A stretch of 64,000 bases of DNA from Planctomycetota bacterium (GCA_031409275.1 JANNXA010000043.1:17106-81105); one strand, 5' to 3'. Shown: positions 29,834-40,440, numbered from the stretch's first letter. Translations and numbers: made by a program. The notes: generated by a model not told the origin, from the sequence alone.

Positions 29834-31906
29834 ATGGAGCCGCAATCGGATCGCGCGTCGCGGCGCGGCACGCTGCTCGTGCTGGCGCTGATGGCGGCGT
29901 TGCTGCTGCTCGCGGCCGGGGCGTGGTGGTGGTTGCGAGTGGCGAGCGCGAAGCCGCGTTCCGGCTCGCCGACGATCGTCGGAGTGGGCGCGGCGTCGGG
30001 CCGCGGTCGCGACGCCCGCGCGAACTCGGCGGCGGATGACGCAAGCGCAGGGCATGGCGGCTCGTTGACGAGCGCCGACGCGCTCTCGGCGCGGCGCGCT
30101 GCCGAGACCTTCGATCCGTTGGCGACGCCGGCGCCGTCCGAGATCGATGGAGTGGAGCGCGAAGGGAAGGCGCTCTTCTGGGGACGCGTGTTGGCGCCCG
30201 ACGGCTCGCCGTGTGCCGGCGCGACGCTGTGGCACGACGGCGTCATCTCTGGAACCAGCGACGAGCAAGGCCACTACCGTCTGGTCGTCGCGCAACGAAC
30301 CTGGGATTCAGGGCGCACCAGCAACCAAGGGTTCGAGCATTGGCTCCACGCGCGCAAGGAAGGCGTGGGGGTGACGCAGGCGTGGTGCGGTCGCTGCAGC
30401 GGCCGCTGCGATCTGCGGCTCGATCCTGGCTACGCGGTGGCGGGTCGCGTCGTCGCGCGTGGGAGCGGGGCGCCGCTGTCCGGAATTGTCGTCGAGTACC
30501 ATCTACCGCTCGTCGCGCCGACCGGCGCGTTGCGCCGCTTGCTTCCGCTGCGCACGGTGAGCGATGAAGCTGGTGCCTTTCGCTTCCAGACGCTGATGGG
30601 GTCGCGCTTCGCGTTGCGGGCGAGCGGCGCGGAGTGGGCGTCGGATGGGTGGTTCGAATTCGACGTCGATCCGAAGCGCGGCCGCGACCGCCTCGACTTC
30701 GAGCTCGAGCCGCGACTGATCGCGAAGGGTTGGTTCACGCCCTGGCCGCCTCTCGGTTTCCCGCCGGCTGCGGCGCTCGACGCACGCGTCGTCGCGCTGG
30801 CGGCCGGTGGCCAGGCGATCGCGGACGAGCCGGACGCGACACGAGTCGCGGACGATGGCTCCTTTGCGCTGCGCTTCGCCGCCACTGGCACGCTCGAACT
30901 GCGGCTGCAAGTGGCCGATGACTCGCCCTGGAGCTGCCGGATCGACCTGCCGTGGGAGCCGACGCCGGTCGATCTCGGTCGCATCGAACTCCCCGCTCCC
31001 GCGCGCGTGACCGGGCGGGTCGCACTGCCGGCGGAGCTGCTCGAACTGGGCTTCGAGTTCGTCGTCGTGCAACCGACTCTGGCGGCGCCGCGCATCGTGC
31101 GAGTCGCGCTGGACGCGCAAGGCCGTTTCACCTCGCCCCCGCTGGCGAATGGCGGCTTCCTGCACGGAGTCGTGCTGGGTGATGAGCTGGCGATCGCGGG
31201 GACGTTGGCGAACTTCGCGCCGCGCAGCGGCATCGCGGTGGGCGATGGCGAGGCGCAGCCGCCGCTGGCCGCCGGCGAGACGCGCGACCTCGGGACGCTG
31301 GCGCCGCCGGGGCCGCTGCTGGCGGGCCGGTTGACGCTCGCCGACGGCAGCGCCGCGTTCAATGCGATCGTCGAGCTGGCGTGGGACGTCGAGGACGCAG
31401 GGGATTCGTTCGCGACGCTCGCCGACGCTGCGGGGCGCTACGTGATCGGCCGACGCCTCGGCTTCGAACCCGAAGAGCTCGCGGCGATCGCGAAGGGAAA
31501 CGGGCGCATCGTCGCCCATCACCACGCGGAGCGCGGACGCTCGCAACCGCTGCCGGCGCTCACCGCCGGTGGATCGATGCGCGTGGATGTTGCGCTCGAT
31601 CGCGGCGCAGCGGCCAGCGGCCGCGTCGTCGATGCGCAGGGTGCGCCGCTGGCGGGCGCGCGCTTCCTCTTCTTCCCGGTCGGATGGACCGGGGGGCGGT
31701 CGCAGGAGCGCGTGGCTTGGAGCGATGCAGAGGGGCGCTTCAAGGTCGCAGGGCTCGCGCCGGCCGGCTACTTCGTCATTCGCGATCTGCTCGAAGGCGA
31801 CGGCGAGGAGGGCACCTCGATGGAGTCGTTTGGCCTGTTCGGCCAGTTCACGGCGCCGGCGAGCGACCTCGAGTTGCGTCCGCTCCAGGGCGATCGGGAG
31901 GAGTGA
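29834..31906 (+). CDS. Membrane-anchored carboxypeptidase-regulatory-like repeat protein
   Basis: N-terminal TM; repeated GRVV..G.PL.G / SD..G.F units. Confidence 0.75.
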   Translation: MEPQSDRASRRGTLLVLALMAALLLLAAGAWWWLRVASAKPRSGSPTIVGVGAASGRGRDARANSAADDASAGHGGSLTSADALSARRAAETFDPLATPAPSEIDGVEREGKALFWGRVLAPDGSPCAGATLWHDGVISGTSDEQGHYRLVVAQRTWDSGRTSNQGFEHWLHARKEGVGVTQAWCGRCSGRCDLRLDPGYAVAGRVVARGSGAPLSGIVVEYHLPLVAPTGALRRLLPLRTVSDEAGAFRFQTLMGSRFALRASGAEWASDGWFEFDVDPKRGRDRLDFELEPRLIAKGWFTPWPPLGFPPAAALDARVVALAAGGQAIADEPDATRVADDGSFALRFAATGTLELRLQVADDSPWSCRIDLPWEPTPVDLGRIELPAPARVTGRVALPAELLELGFEFVVVQPTLAAPRIVRVALDAQGRFTSPPLANGGFLHGVVLGDELAIAGTLANFAPRSGIAVGDGEAQPPLAAGETRDLGTLAPPGPLLAGRLTLADGSAAFNAIVELAWDVEDAGDSFATLADAAGRYVIGRRLGFEPEELAAIAKGNGRIVAHHHAERGRSQPLPALTAGGSMRVDVALDRGAAASGRVVDAQGAPLAGARFLFFPVGWTGGRSQERVAWSDAEGRFKVAGLAPAGYFVIRDLLEGDGEEGTSMESFGLFGQFTAPASDLELRPLQGDREE

Positions 31907-33777
31907 CGCGGCGCGCCGCGGCGCTCACCTCCGCCAGGAGTCGCGCGAAGTCGATCGGCTTCTCCAGCAACGGAAAAGCGCGCCGCTGGATGAAGCGAGC
32001 CACTTCGGGGGCGACCACGTCGCCGGTGATCGCGATGGCACGCGTGGCGAGCTCCGGCCAGCGCGATTGCACGCGCTCGAGCAGCTCGATGCCGCTCATG
32101 CCGGGCATGCGCAGGTCGGTCACCAGCACGTCGATCGGCTCGGTCGAATCGAGCAGGGCCAACGCCGCGGCGCTGTTCTCGGCCTCGCGAATCACGAAGC
32201 CGTGGCCGCTGAGATAGCGGCGCAGCAGTTCGCGGACCGGCGCCTCGTCGTCGACGAGGAGCACGCGTGGCGAAGGCGGCTCGACGCGCGGAGCATCGCG
32301 GGAGGGAGGCTCGATGGCTGCGGTGTGCGCGGGGGTGGCCGCAAGCTGGCCATCGCGGCGGGCGAGATCCGTCGACTCGCCCACCGGCAGTCGCACGACG
32401 AAGCAGGCGCCGCGACCGCCGTCGATGCGCGTCGAGGTCGTGATCGAGCCGCCGTGCGCCCGCACGATGCGTTGCGAGATCGCCAGGCCCAGCCCCGCGC
32501 TTCGCTGCGCGGACTTCGTGGTGAAGAACGGATCGAAGACGCGCTCGCGCAGCGCGGCTGCAACGCCGGGGCCATCGTCGCTGCAACGAAGGAGCACGTG
32601 TTGCGGACCGTCGCGGAGCGCCTCGATCTCGATGTGTCCATCCGGTGGCAGCGCTTCGAGCGAGTTGGCGAGGAGGTTGGCGATCACCTGCTCGAGCCCG
32701 GTGGCGTCGGCATGGATCTTCGGCAGGTCGGCAGCGAGTTGCGTCGTCACCGTCACGCGCGTGCGCGCGAGCTGCGGACCGATGTCGCGCTTCACCCGTG
32801 CCACGACTTGCGCGATCGACACCGGCGCGTAGCTCACGTGGCGCTGGCGCGTGATGTCGAGCAGGCCGCGCACGATGGTGCTGCATCGTTGCGACTGCTC
32901 GATGATGGTGCGCGCGGGCTGGCGCAGATCGTCGGAGAGGCGAGGATCGAAGTCAGCGGGTTGTTGAGCTCATGTGCGACGCCTGAGACGAGGACGCCGA
33001 GCGCTTCGAGCTTCTCCGATTCGGCGAGACGGCGGTGCAATGCCGCTCGTTCGGCCCGCGCATCCTCCGCTTCGTGCTCGACCCGCTGGAAGACGGTGAT
33101 CAAGAGCGCCACGGCGAGCGCCGTCTGCATCAGCAGGTCGATGAACGAGTTGTAGTGGGCGAGCCCCCAGATGAACGAGGCCAAGAACTCGGACTGGAAC
33201 CGGATCGAACCGAAGGAGATGGCGTAGAGCACCCACAGCAGCGCGAGCAGCGCGAACACGATGCTCGCGGCGCGCGAGCCGAAGCTGCGCCACTGCGCGG
33301 GAGCGCGCGCCAGGTAGAGGGCGGCCATCGTGCAGCACACGGCTGCAAATGGAGCCTGCAGCGCCATGGCCGAGTTGAGCTGCGGGGAGAGGAGCGGGGT
33401 CGCGGCCGCGCTGAGGCAGAAGGCGCCGGCGACGAGCGGCGTGGCGCGCGGCAGCGGCTTGCCGACGTAGCGCGCCACGCCGGTCAGCAGCCCACCGAAG
33501 TAGGCGAGCTTGCTCAACTGGTAGACGACGTCGAACGGCACACGCAGCCACGAAGGACCCCACAACGTGCCGGGCGGCGGCAGTTCGAGCACCTGGTAGC
33601 GCGTGAAGACCGTGACCAGCGCGACACCGAGCGCGCCGAACGCGACGCTCCAATCGCGCAGGTAGCGATGGCTCGAAGCAAGGCGGCGCAGCGCGACGAA
33701 CGTGCCCGCCAACAGCAGCGGGCGACGGTTTGGACCGAGATCCCGATGAACGAGAGCCGAGCGTCTTCGAGGTTCAC
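31848..33777 (-). pseudogene. Membrane hybrid histidine kinase with two frameshifts (pseudogene or assembly indels)
   Basis: Three frames join: GTG 33777 VNLEDARLSFIGISVQTVA, shift ~33721, LLLAGTF..GVAHELNNPLTSIL, shift ~32940, LSDDLRQPARTIIEQSQRCSTIVRGLL..HATPase..REC. Confidence 0.85.
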
Positions 33778-33865
33778 GCGAGGTGTCGTCCTACGGCCGG
33801 TCGCGGATGCGGGCGATGCTAGCATCGCTCGTTGCGCGCGCCGGGCGTCGCCAAGGAGCAATGAG

Positions 33866-35299
33866 ATGACGCTGTGGCTTTCGTGCCTGCTCGCCGTGCA
33901 TGTCGGATCCGCCAGCGAAGGCCAGACGGATCGCTACCGCCCGCTTGGTGTGAATGCGCAGGGGATGGCGCTCTTCGAGCGGCCGCGCGACGGTGCGCGA
34001 GTGGTCTGGATCCCGGCCGGCTCGTTCAAGATGAACGGCTACTTCCCGCGCCCGACCAGCGAGCCCGAGCATGAGTGGGTCTGGGTCGACGGCTACGCGA
34101 TCGACGAGACCGAAGTGACCAATCGTCAGTTCGCGGCGTTCCTGAATGCCACCAAGATCGAGAGCGATGCCGACGGCCATCCCCTGCTGGTCGAAGTCGA
34201 GCATGGGCTCGAGCAGGTCGATGGCCTCTGGCGGCCAAAGCTCGGCTGCGAACAACTGCCCGCGCTCGGCGTCACCGGCTTCGGCGCGATCGCCTTTGCG
34301 CGCTTCGTCGGCGGTGATCTACCGCTGCTGCCGGAATGGCAGAAGGCCGCGGGCGGCTTCGAGGGGCGCATCTTTCCTTGGGGCAGCGAGGAGCCTGACG
34401 CGACGCGCGCGAACTTCCGTCGCTTCGGTCCCGACCTGCCGATGCCAGTGAAGAGCTACCCCGCTGGAGTGAGTCCGTTCGGCTGCTACGACATGGCGGG
34501 CAACGTCTACGAGCGTGTCTACTCGGGTCGGGGTCGCGGCGGCAGCGCCGGGGCGCCCGCGATGATCCGCGGCGGGAGCTGGGCGTCGCCCCATCCGCTC
34601 AATCTGCGCACCTTCGACCTGTGCATGCAACCGCTCGAGGTGGGCGACCGCACGGTCGGCTTCCGTTGCGTGGTACGCAGCGGCGCCGGCTTGCCGGTGG
34701 CGCCAAGCGACCCGCTGCGCATGGCGCGGCACTGGGACGCCGCGCTGCGCGAGGCGCGCGAGCGCAACGTGCCGATCCTTCTTTCGCTGCAGTACGACAC
34801 CTGCGGCCAGTGCGATCGCACGAAGGTCGGTCTCTTCCGTGATCCGGAGTTCATCCGCGGCTGCAATGCCGGCGCGGTGCTGGTGGTGGGCCACGTCGCG
34901 CACGACGGCGCCGACGATCCGCATCCCGAGGACGCGAGCGGACGCTGCACGCTCTACCCGCAGCTCGAATGCATGGAGCACATCGACCTCTTCTACGAGG
35001 GGATCAAGCGAGTCGACGGCTTCCGCGTGTCGCCCGGCAACTTCCTCCTCGATCCGCGTGCCGACGACGCTTCCCGCAATCGCGACGATTGGGTCCTGGT
35101 CGACGAGGCGATGCTGCCGAAGTCGGGCGTCGGCACCGAGGCGTACCTCGACGCGATCGCGGAGGCGCAGACGATGCTCGGTGCGCCGAAGCTCACTCAC
35201 GAAGAGTGGGTGGCGATCGACGCGGCGCGACCGAAGGCGGAGCCGGAAGACGCTGGCGACGAGGCAGCGGACGATGACGATGACGATCAAGATCGGTGA
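33866..35299 (+). CDS. FGE/SUMF1-like domain fused to a thioredoxin-like CxxC domain, acidic tail
   Basis: TEVTNRQF, EWQKAAGG, FPWG, YDMAGNVYE, RGGSW, GFRC; then WDAALREARERNVPILL..CGQC. Confidence 0.85.
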   Translation: MTLWLSCLLAVHVGSASEGQTDRYRPLGVNAQGMALFERPRDGARVVWIPAGSFKMNGYFPRPTSEPEHEWVWVDGYAIDETEVTNRQFAAFLNATKIESDADGHPLLVEVEHGLEQVDGLWRPKLGCEQLPALGVTGFGAIAFARFVGGDLPLLPEWQKAAGGFEGRIFPWGSEEPDATRANFRRFGPDLPMPVKSYPAGVSPFGCYDMAGNVYERVYSGRGRGGSAGAPAMIRGGSWASPHPLNLRTFDLCMQPLEVGDRTVGFRCVVRSGAGLPVAPSDPLRMARHWDAALREARERNVPILLSLQYDTCGQCDRTKVGLFRDPEFIRGCNAGAVLVVGHVAHDGADDPHPEDASGRCTLYPQLECMEHIDLFYEGIKRVDGFRVSPGNFLLDPRADDASRNRDDWVLVDEAMLPKSGVGTEAYLDAIAEAQTMLGAPKLTHEEWVAIDAARPKAEPEDAGDEAADDDDDDQDR

Positions 35300-35482
35300 T
35301 CGACGCGTCGCGCGGGTGGATCGGTACGGCGCCGTCGTCGCGCGAGCTACGACGCGCTCTTCTTCATCGCGCAAGCCCACCGCGCGACGCCGAACCGCTG
35401 AATCTCGCGTGCCCCGAAACGAGCGCGGCCGGGAGCGGATCGCCCCCGGCCGCCGTCGATCGAATTTCCTGCTCGCCCGTCG

Positions 35483-36472
35483 TCAGCTGCCGACGAGTTC
35501 CGCCATGTGCTTGGCGCGCTTGCCGGCGCGCGTCTCGCCGAACTTCTCGCCGAAGGCGTTCAGCGCCTTCACGACGGCCGCATCGAGGCCGTCCTTGGCG
35601 ATGCGCTTCTCGAGCTTCTCGAGCTGCTTGGCCGCTTCGCGCTCGGGAGCCATCTCCTTGGCGGTCAGCTTGCTGCTCAGCTCGGTCAGCTTCGTCGCCA
35701 GTTCGTGGCCCGCGAGCCCCTTCGCCAGCGTCGCCGCCAGCTTGTCCGCCTGCTCGAACTCGGCCGACTCGATCAGCCAATCGAGCCGCGCGAGCTTCGC
35801 CTTCGCGCGCACGGCGAGCTTGCCGGAGAGTTTGTCGGCCGCGTCCTTCTCGACGCCATCGGGGACCGCTTCGAGCGACTTGATGGCCGCCGCGAAGTTG
35901 CCCTTCTCGAAGTCCACCCACGCGGCTCGGCAGAGCGGTCCGAGATCGCTGGGGCCCTTCTTGGCGAGCTTCAACTGCTCCTTCAGCGCTTCCTCGATGG
36001 CCGTGTGCGCCGAGAGCGGGTTGTCATTGATCAGGACTTCACCGTCGTTGCTGAGCACGACGCAGTGCGGGATCCCGCCGGCGCCGGTCTCGAACGGCGG
36101 CTCGCACGTCCAGATGGCGGCGTCGCTGAACCACTTCTTCTGCAGGACGAACTTCTCCATGTCCTTGGCCGAAGCGCCCTGCGACTCGATGAAGAGGAAC
36201 TGCACGTCGTCGCCGTACTCTTCTTGCATCTTGATGGCCAGCGGCACGGCTGACCCGACACAAGGTCCTCAGCGAGTTCCCCAGAACTCCACGACGACCG
36301 GCCGCCCTTGCAGGTCGGCCAGGCTCTTCACGCCGCGGCCGTTCACCAGTGGCTGTTGCCAAGTGTAGCTCTGTTTGGCGCCGACTTTGGCGACGCCTTG
36401 CGCCACCGCAGTGCTGCCGGCCGTCAGGACGACGGCGGCCGCTGCGAAGCGCAACGTGCTCACGAACGACAT
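35483..36472 (-). CDS. Probable selenoprotein: exported TlpA/redoxin-like UxxC domain plus helical C-terminus (329 aa, UGA at codon 68)
   Basis: GAGGGAG RBS, signal peptide, SLADLQGRPVVVEFWGTR-TGA(36269-36271)-GPCVGSAVP in frame with ORF 35483..36247. Confidence 0.87.
36236..36255 (-). other. Candidate bacterial SECIS hairpin
   Basis: GGUCAGC-CGUGCC-GCUGGCC, 7-bp stem with one G-U, starting 13 nt after the UGA. Confidence 0.65.
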
Positions 36473-36718
36473 GTCTTCGATCTCCCTCTGGAAACAGGCG
36501 GAGCGGTGGGTCCACCCCGCCGCGGAACTGTGTGCACGGTTGGGACGCACGCTCGGAACCGAGGGCCCCTGTTTCATGGCCGCGGTCGGAAGTGCGTGGC
36601 GCCGGTTTACCGTTTCGTCTTCGGTACGACTGCAACGGAGATGAGGAGCGTCATTTCCAAGTCATCTGGCGTGCGGATTCGCCGCTTCGGGCGCCGCGCG
36701 TCGCTCGACTGCCGCGAC

Positions 36719-36754
36719 CTCGATCACTTCTTGACGCTCGATCACTTCTTGATG
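36719..36754. repeat. 18-bp tandem duplication
   Basis: CTCGATCACTTCTTGACG / CTCGATCACTTCTTGATG covering the stop of the VWA gene. Confidence 0.75.
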
Positions 36755-38292
36755 AACGTCGCCTGGCCGCTGTTCTGCTTCGCGAGCGCCTTGATGAAGT
36801 TCTCGACCGTCTGCGCGCCGATGCCGACGGCGTGGATGGTGATGCGGCGCGTCTCGTTCCACTTCTTCACCTCGGCGAGGATCTCCTCGCAGTCGGTGGT
36901 ACGGCCGCAGGTGGGGCCGCCATCGGAGAGGAAGAGGATCGTGTCGCCGGTCGTGGCGTAGTACTTGTCCTTGGTCGAGAGCGGGGCCAGTCGGAACGCC
37001 GTCTCGAGCGCGTCGAAGATGTTGGTCTGGCCCACCGCCGCGAGGCCGTCGAGCCACTCACCGACCTTCTTCTTGTTGTCGGCCGTCGCCATCACGTTGC
37101 GGTCGTTCCACGGGATCACGACGTCGCTGTAGGCGATGACGTTGAAGCTCGCCTCGGGCGGCAGCCCCTGGATCGACGCCTTCACCTCGCGGCGCGCGAG
37201 GTCGATGCGCGACTTGCCGGGCTCGGGGGTGAGATTCTCGTAGTCGTCGACGGCGGCAAGCATCGAGCCGGAAATGTCGACGACGTAGACCACCTTCAGC
37301 GAGTCGAACTTGATGTGGAAGAAGTCGGCGTACTTGCCGCTCTCCTTGGTGACCTGCGCCGGCTGCGTGACGTCGATGCCGCGCGGCTCGAACGTCGTGC
37401 GCGCCTTCTGCCACCAATCGACCCATGCCGCTGGCGTCTTCCCGAACTTCTGGCCGGTGATCTGCTCGAGCCGCCCGCACAGGTCGGCGAGCGGCTTGCC
37501 CGTTTCCTTCGCCGTCTGATTCACCAGCATCTCGAGCGCCGTGCGATCGCCGATTCGCGCGAGCGCGTCGACCGCGATCGACCGTTCCTGCCATTCCGGT
37601 CCGCGCAGCAGCGGCGCGAGCGCGCCCGGTGGGATGAACTCCGGGCGCTGTTTCAGCAGTGCCGCGGCCACGGCGAGCCGCACCTCGACCACCGGATCGT
37701 CGAGCAACCCGATCAGGTGCTCGGCCACCTTGCCGTGGTCGATGCGCCCCAGCACTTCGAGCAGCACCAGCCGCAGCCGCTCCGGCTTCTTCGGTGGCGC
37801 CGCCATCAGGTACTCGAGCGTCTCCTCGCGCTTGCACTTCGCGAAGGCGTCGACGTAGCCGCGCACCGCTTTCTCTTCGTAGCCGATGCGTGCGCCGAGC
37901 ACCTTCTGGTCGAGCTGCAGTTCCTCGACGCCGGAGTAATTGGGCTTCGCCCCTTTGCCGCCCTTCTCGATCTGCGCCTTCAGGATCTTCTCGAGCTTGC
38001 CGTCGACTTCGTCGCGCTCCGCGGCGAACTCGTCGAGCTTCACGAGGGTCGCGGTGAGGAACTCCATCAGCAGCTTCGCGGTGCCGACGGTGTCGTAGAA
38101 GGCGACGTTCTCGATGGCGGCCAGCCGCTTCTCGATCTCGGCGCCGGGCGCGAGCTCCTTGCGGTAGCGCTTCACGTCGTCGGCGGGCGGCGCCGATTGG
38201 CAGCGGCCGAGCGGCGGGGCGACGGCCAGCGTCGCCAGCGCGGCAACGACGGCGTGAACCAGGAGGAGCGGTCGCGAGGTGGGGAGGCGCAT
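36742..38292 (-). CDS. HEAT-repeat + VWA domain protein (exported)
   Basis: Signal peptide; HEAT repeats; MIDAS VVDISGSM, GQTN, FLSDGGP. Confidence 0.9.
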   Translation of the reverse strand: MRLPTSRPLLLVHAVVAALATLAVAPPLGRCQSAPPADDVKRYRKELAPGAEIEKRLAAIENVAFYDTVGTAKLLMEFLTATLVKLDEFAAERDEVDGKLEKILKAQIEKGGKGAKPNYSGVEELQLDQKVLGARIGYEEKAVRGYVDAFAKCKREETLEYLMAAPPKKPERLRLVLLEVLGRIDHGKVAEHLIGLLDDPVVEVRLAVAAALLKQRPEFIPPGALAPLLRGPEWQERSIAVDALARIGDRTALEMLVNQTAKETGKPLADLCGRLEQITGQKFGKTPAAWVDWWQKARTTFEPRGIDVTQPAQVTKESGKYADFFHIKFDSLKVVYVVDISGSMLAAVDDYENLTPEPGKSRIDLARREVKASIQGLPPEASFNVIAYSDVVIPWNDRNVMATADNKKKVGEWLDGLAAVGQTNIFDALETAFRLAPLSTKDKYYATTGDTILFLSDGGPTCGRTTDCEEILAEVKKWNETRRITIHAVGIGAQTVENFIKALAKQNSGQATFIKK

Positions 38293-38442
38293 GGCGGGTG
38301 CTCGAGGGGACCTTTGGCCCGCAAGATAGGCGGTGCGCGCGGTCGCTGCAGCAGCGGGCGGCGCCACCGCCGTTGAGCGGCTCGTTGCTGCCAGCTACAA
38401 ACGTCGGCCCTTTCCTGTCACGCGAAGCGCGGAGCGCCTGTC

Positions 38443-40440
38443 ATGAGCAGCACCGATTCCCACGGCCACGACGACCACGGTCACGGCGGCGGCCACGGTC
38501 ACGACAGCCACGACGAAGCTCCCGCCGGACCGCCGACCGATTGGGCGAAGGTGCGCAACGTCGGCGCCATCGTGCTGATGCTGCTGGTCGTCGTCATCCT
38601 CGGCACGCTCGTCTCCTGCACCCACCCCGAGGCCGATGCGCAAGTCGCGGCGCGTCAGCAGGCGGAGTCCGCGCAGAAGGGCTTCTCCATGGCGCGACTC
38701 GCCGAGGCCGACTCCTTCCTCGCGGCCTACCAGAGCGAGTACCAGAAGCTCTACGCCGCGGCCAACGAGGCGGAATGGCTCTCGAACACCCACATCGTCG
38801 AGGGCGACGATCGCAACGCGAAGAACTCCGACGCCACGAAGTCGGCGCTCGCGGCGTTCACCGGCAGCGAGCGGGTGATCACCCGTTGCCGTGAGCTGCT
38901 GGCCGACGAGTCGCGCCTCGCTCCGGTGCAGGTGCGGCAGCTCAAGGCGATCCTCTACCTCGCGGGCGACAAGCCGGCCATCGCCAAGGAGCTCGTCGAT
39001 CAACGCATCGCCGCCGAGACGCGCCAGACCGAGGCGCTGTTCGGCTACACGTTCCACCTCGACGGCAAGGAGGTCACGGTCAACGACCTCGATCGCGTCC
39101 TGCGCGAGGAGAAGGACCTGACCAAGCGGCAGGCGGCGTGGGAGGCCAGCAAGGCGGTCGGCAGCACCCTGAAAGATGGGCTCGCCAACCTGCAGCGGCT
39201 GCGCAACAGCACGGTGCGCGCGCTCGGCTACTCCGACTTCTTCAGCTACCAGGTCTCCGAATACGGGATGACCACCGACGAGATGCTCGCGCTGAACGAC
39301 CTCGCGCTGAAGCAGCTGCGACCGCTCTATCGCGAGCTGCACACCTGGGCGCGGCACGAGCTGGCGAAGCGCTACGGAGTGCCGGTGCCCGACATGATCC
39401 CGGCGCATTGGCTGCCCAACCGCTGGAGCCAGGACTGGAACGCGCTGGTCGACGTCGAGGGGGTGAACCTCGATGCCGCGCTCGCCGACAAGACGCCGCA
39501 GTGGCAGGTCGAGCAGGCGGAACGCTTCTACGTGAGCCTCGGCTTCGAGAAGCTGCCCGCCATCTTCTGGGAGAAGTCGTCGCTCTACCCGGCGCCCGAA
39601 GGCGCGGGCTGGAAGAAGAACAACCACGCTTCCGCGTGGCACATGGACCTCGACCACGACGTGCGCTCGCTGATGAGCGTCGAGAGCAACTCCGAGTGGT
39701 ACGAGACGACGCACCACGAACTCGGCCACATCTACTACTACCTCTCCTACTCCAACCCGAAGGTCCCCTTGATCCTGCGTTCCGGTGCGAACCGCGCCTA
39801 CCACGAGGCGGTCGGCACGATGATGGGGCTCGCTGCGATGCAGCCGCGCTTCATGGCGGCGGTCGGCCTCACGCCGGACGGCAAGGCGCCGGTGCTGAGC
39901 GACGAAACCAAGCGCCAGCTCCTGATGCGCGATGCGCTGAACTACCTCGTCTTCATGCCGTGGAGCTCCGGCGTGATGACCCACTTCGAGCAGGAGCTCT
40001 ACGGCAAGGAACTGCCCAAGGAGAAGTGGAACCAGCGCTGGTGGGAGCTGGTGGCGAAGTACCAGGGAGTGGTTCCGCCGACGGCGCGCGGCGAGGAGTT
40101 CTGCGACGCTGCCACCAAGACGCACATCAACGACGACGCGGCCCAGTACTACGACTACGGCCTCTCCTTCCTGCTGCTGTTCCAGCTCCACGACCACATC
40201 GCGCGCAACCTGCTGCACGAGGATCCGCACGACACCAACTACTACGGCCGCAAGGAGGTCGGCGACTTCCTGAAGCGGATCCTGGCACCGGGCGCGAGCG
40301 TCGACTGGCGCCAGCTGATGCGCGACTCGATCGGCGAAGAGCTCTCCGCCGGCGCGATGCTGCGCTACTTCGAGCCGCTGATGGAGTGGTTGAAGAAGGA
40401 AAACTCCGGCCGTACCTGCACGCTGCCTGAACTGAACTGA
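38443..40440 (+). CDS. M2 family metallopeptidase (ACE/peptidyl-dipeptidase A-like)
   Basis: IPAHWL, FWEKS, HASAW, HHELGH, GANRAYHEAVG, YFEPLMEWL. Confidence 0.95.
   Translation: MSSTDSHGHDDHGHGGGHGHDSHDEAPAGPPTDWAKVRNVGAIVLMLLVVVILGTLVSCTHPEADAQVAARQQAESAQKGFSMARLAEADSFLAAYQSEYQKLYAAANEAEWLSNTHIVEGDDRNAKNSDATKSALAAFTGSERVITRCRELLADESRLAPVQVRQLKAILYLAGDKPAIAKELVDQRIAAETRQTEALFGYTFHLDGKEVTVNDLDRVLREEKDLTKRQAAWEASKAVGSTLKDGLANLQRLRNSTVRALGYSDFFSYQVSEYGMTTDEMLALNDLALKQLRPLYRELHTWARHELAKRYGVPVPDMIPAHWLPNRWSQDWNALVDVEGVNLDAALADKTPQWQVEQAERFYVSLGFEKLPAIFWEKSSLYPAPEGAGWKKNNHASAWHMDLDHDVRSLMSVESNSEWYETTHHELGHIYYYLSYSNPKVPLILRSGANRAYHEAVGTMMGLAAMQPRFMAAVGLTPDGKAPVLSDETKRQLLMRDALNYLVFMPWSSGVMTHFEQELYGKELPKEKWNQRWWELVAKYQGVVPPTARGEEFCDAATKTHINDDAAQYYDYGLSFLLLFQLHDHIARNLLHEDPHDTNYYGRKEVGDFLKRILAPGASVDWRQLMRDSIGEELSAGAMLRYFEPLMEWLKKENSGRTCTLPELN

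Noticed and set aside
35240..35299. GAT/GAC microsatellite-like run
   Set aside because: Encodes a low-complexity acidic C-terminal tail.
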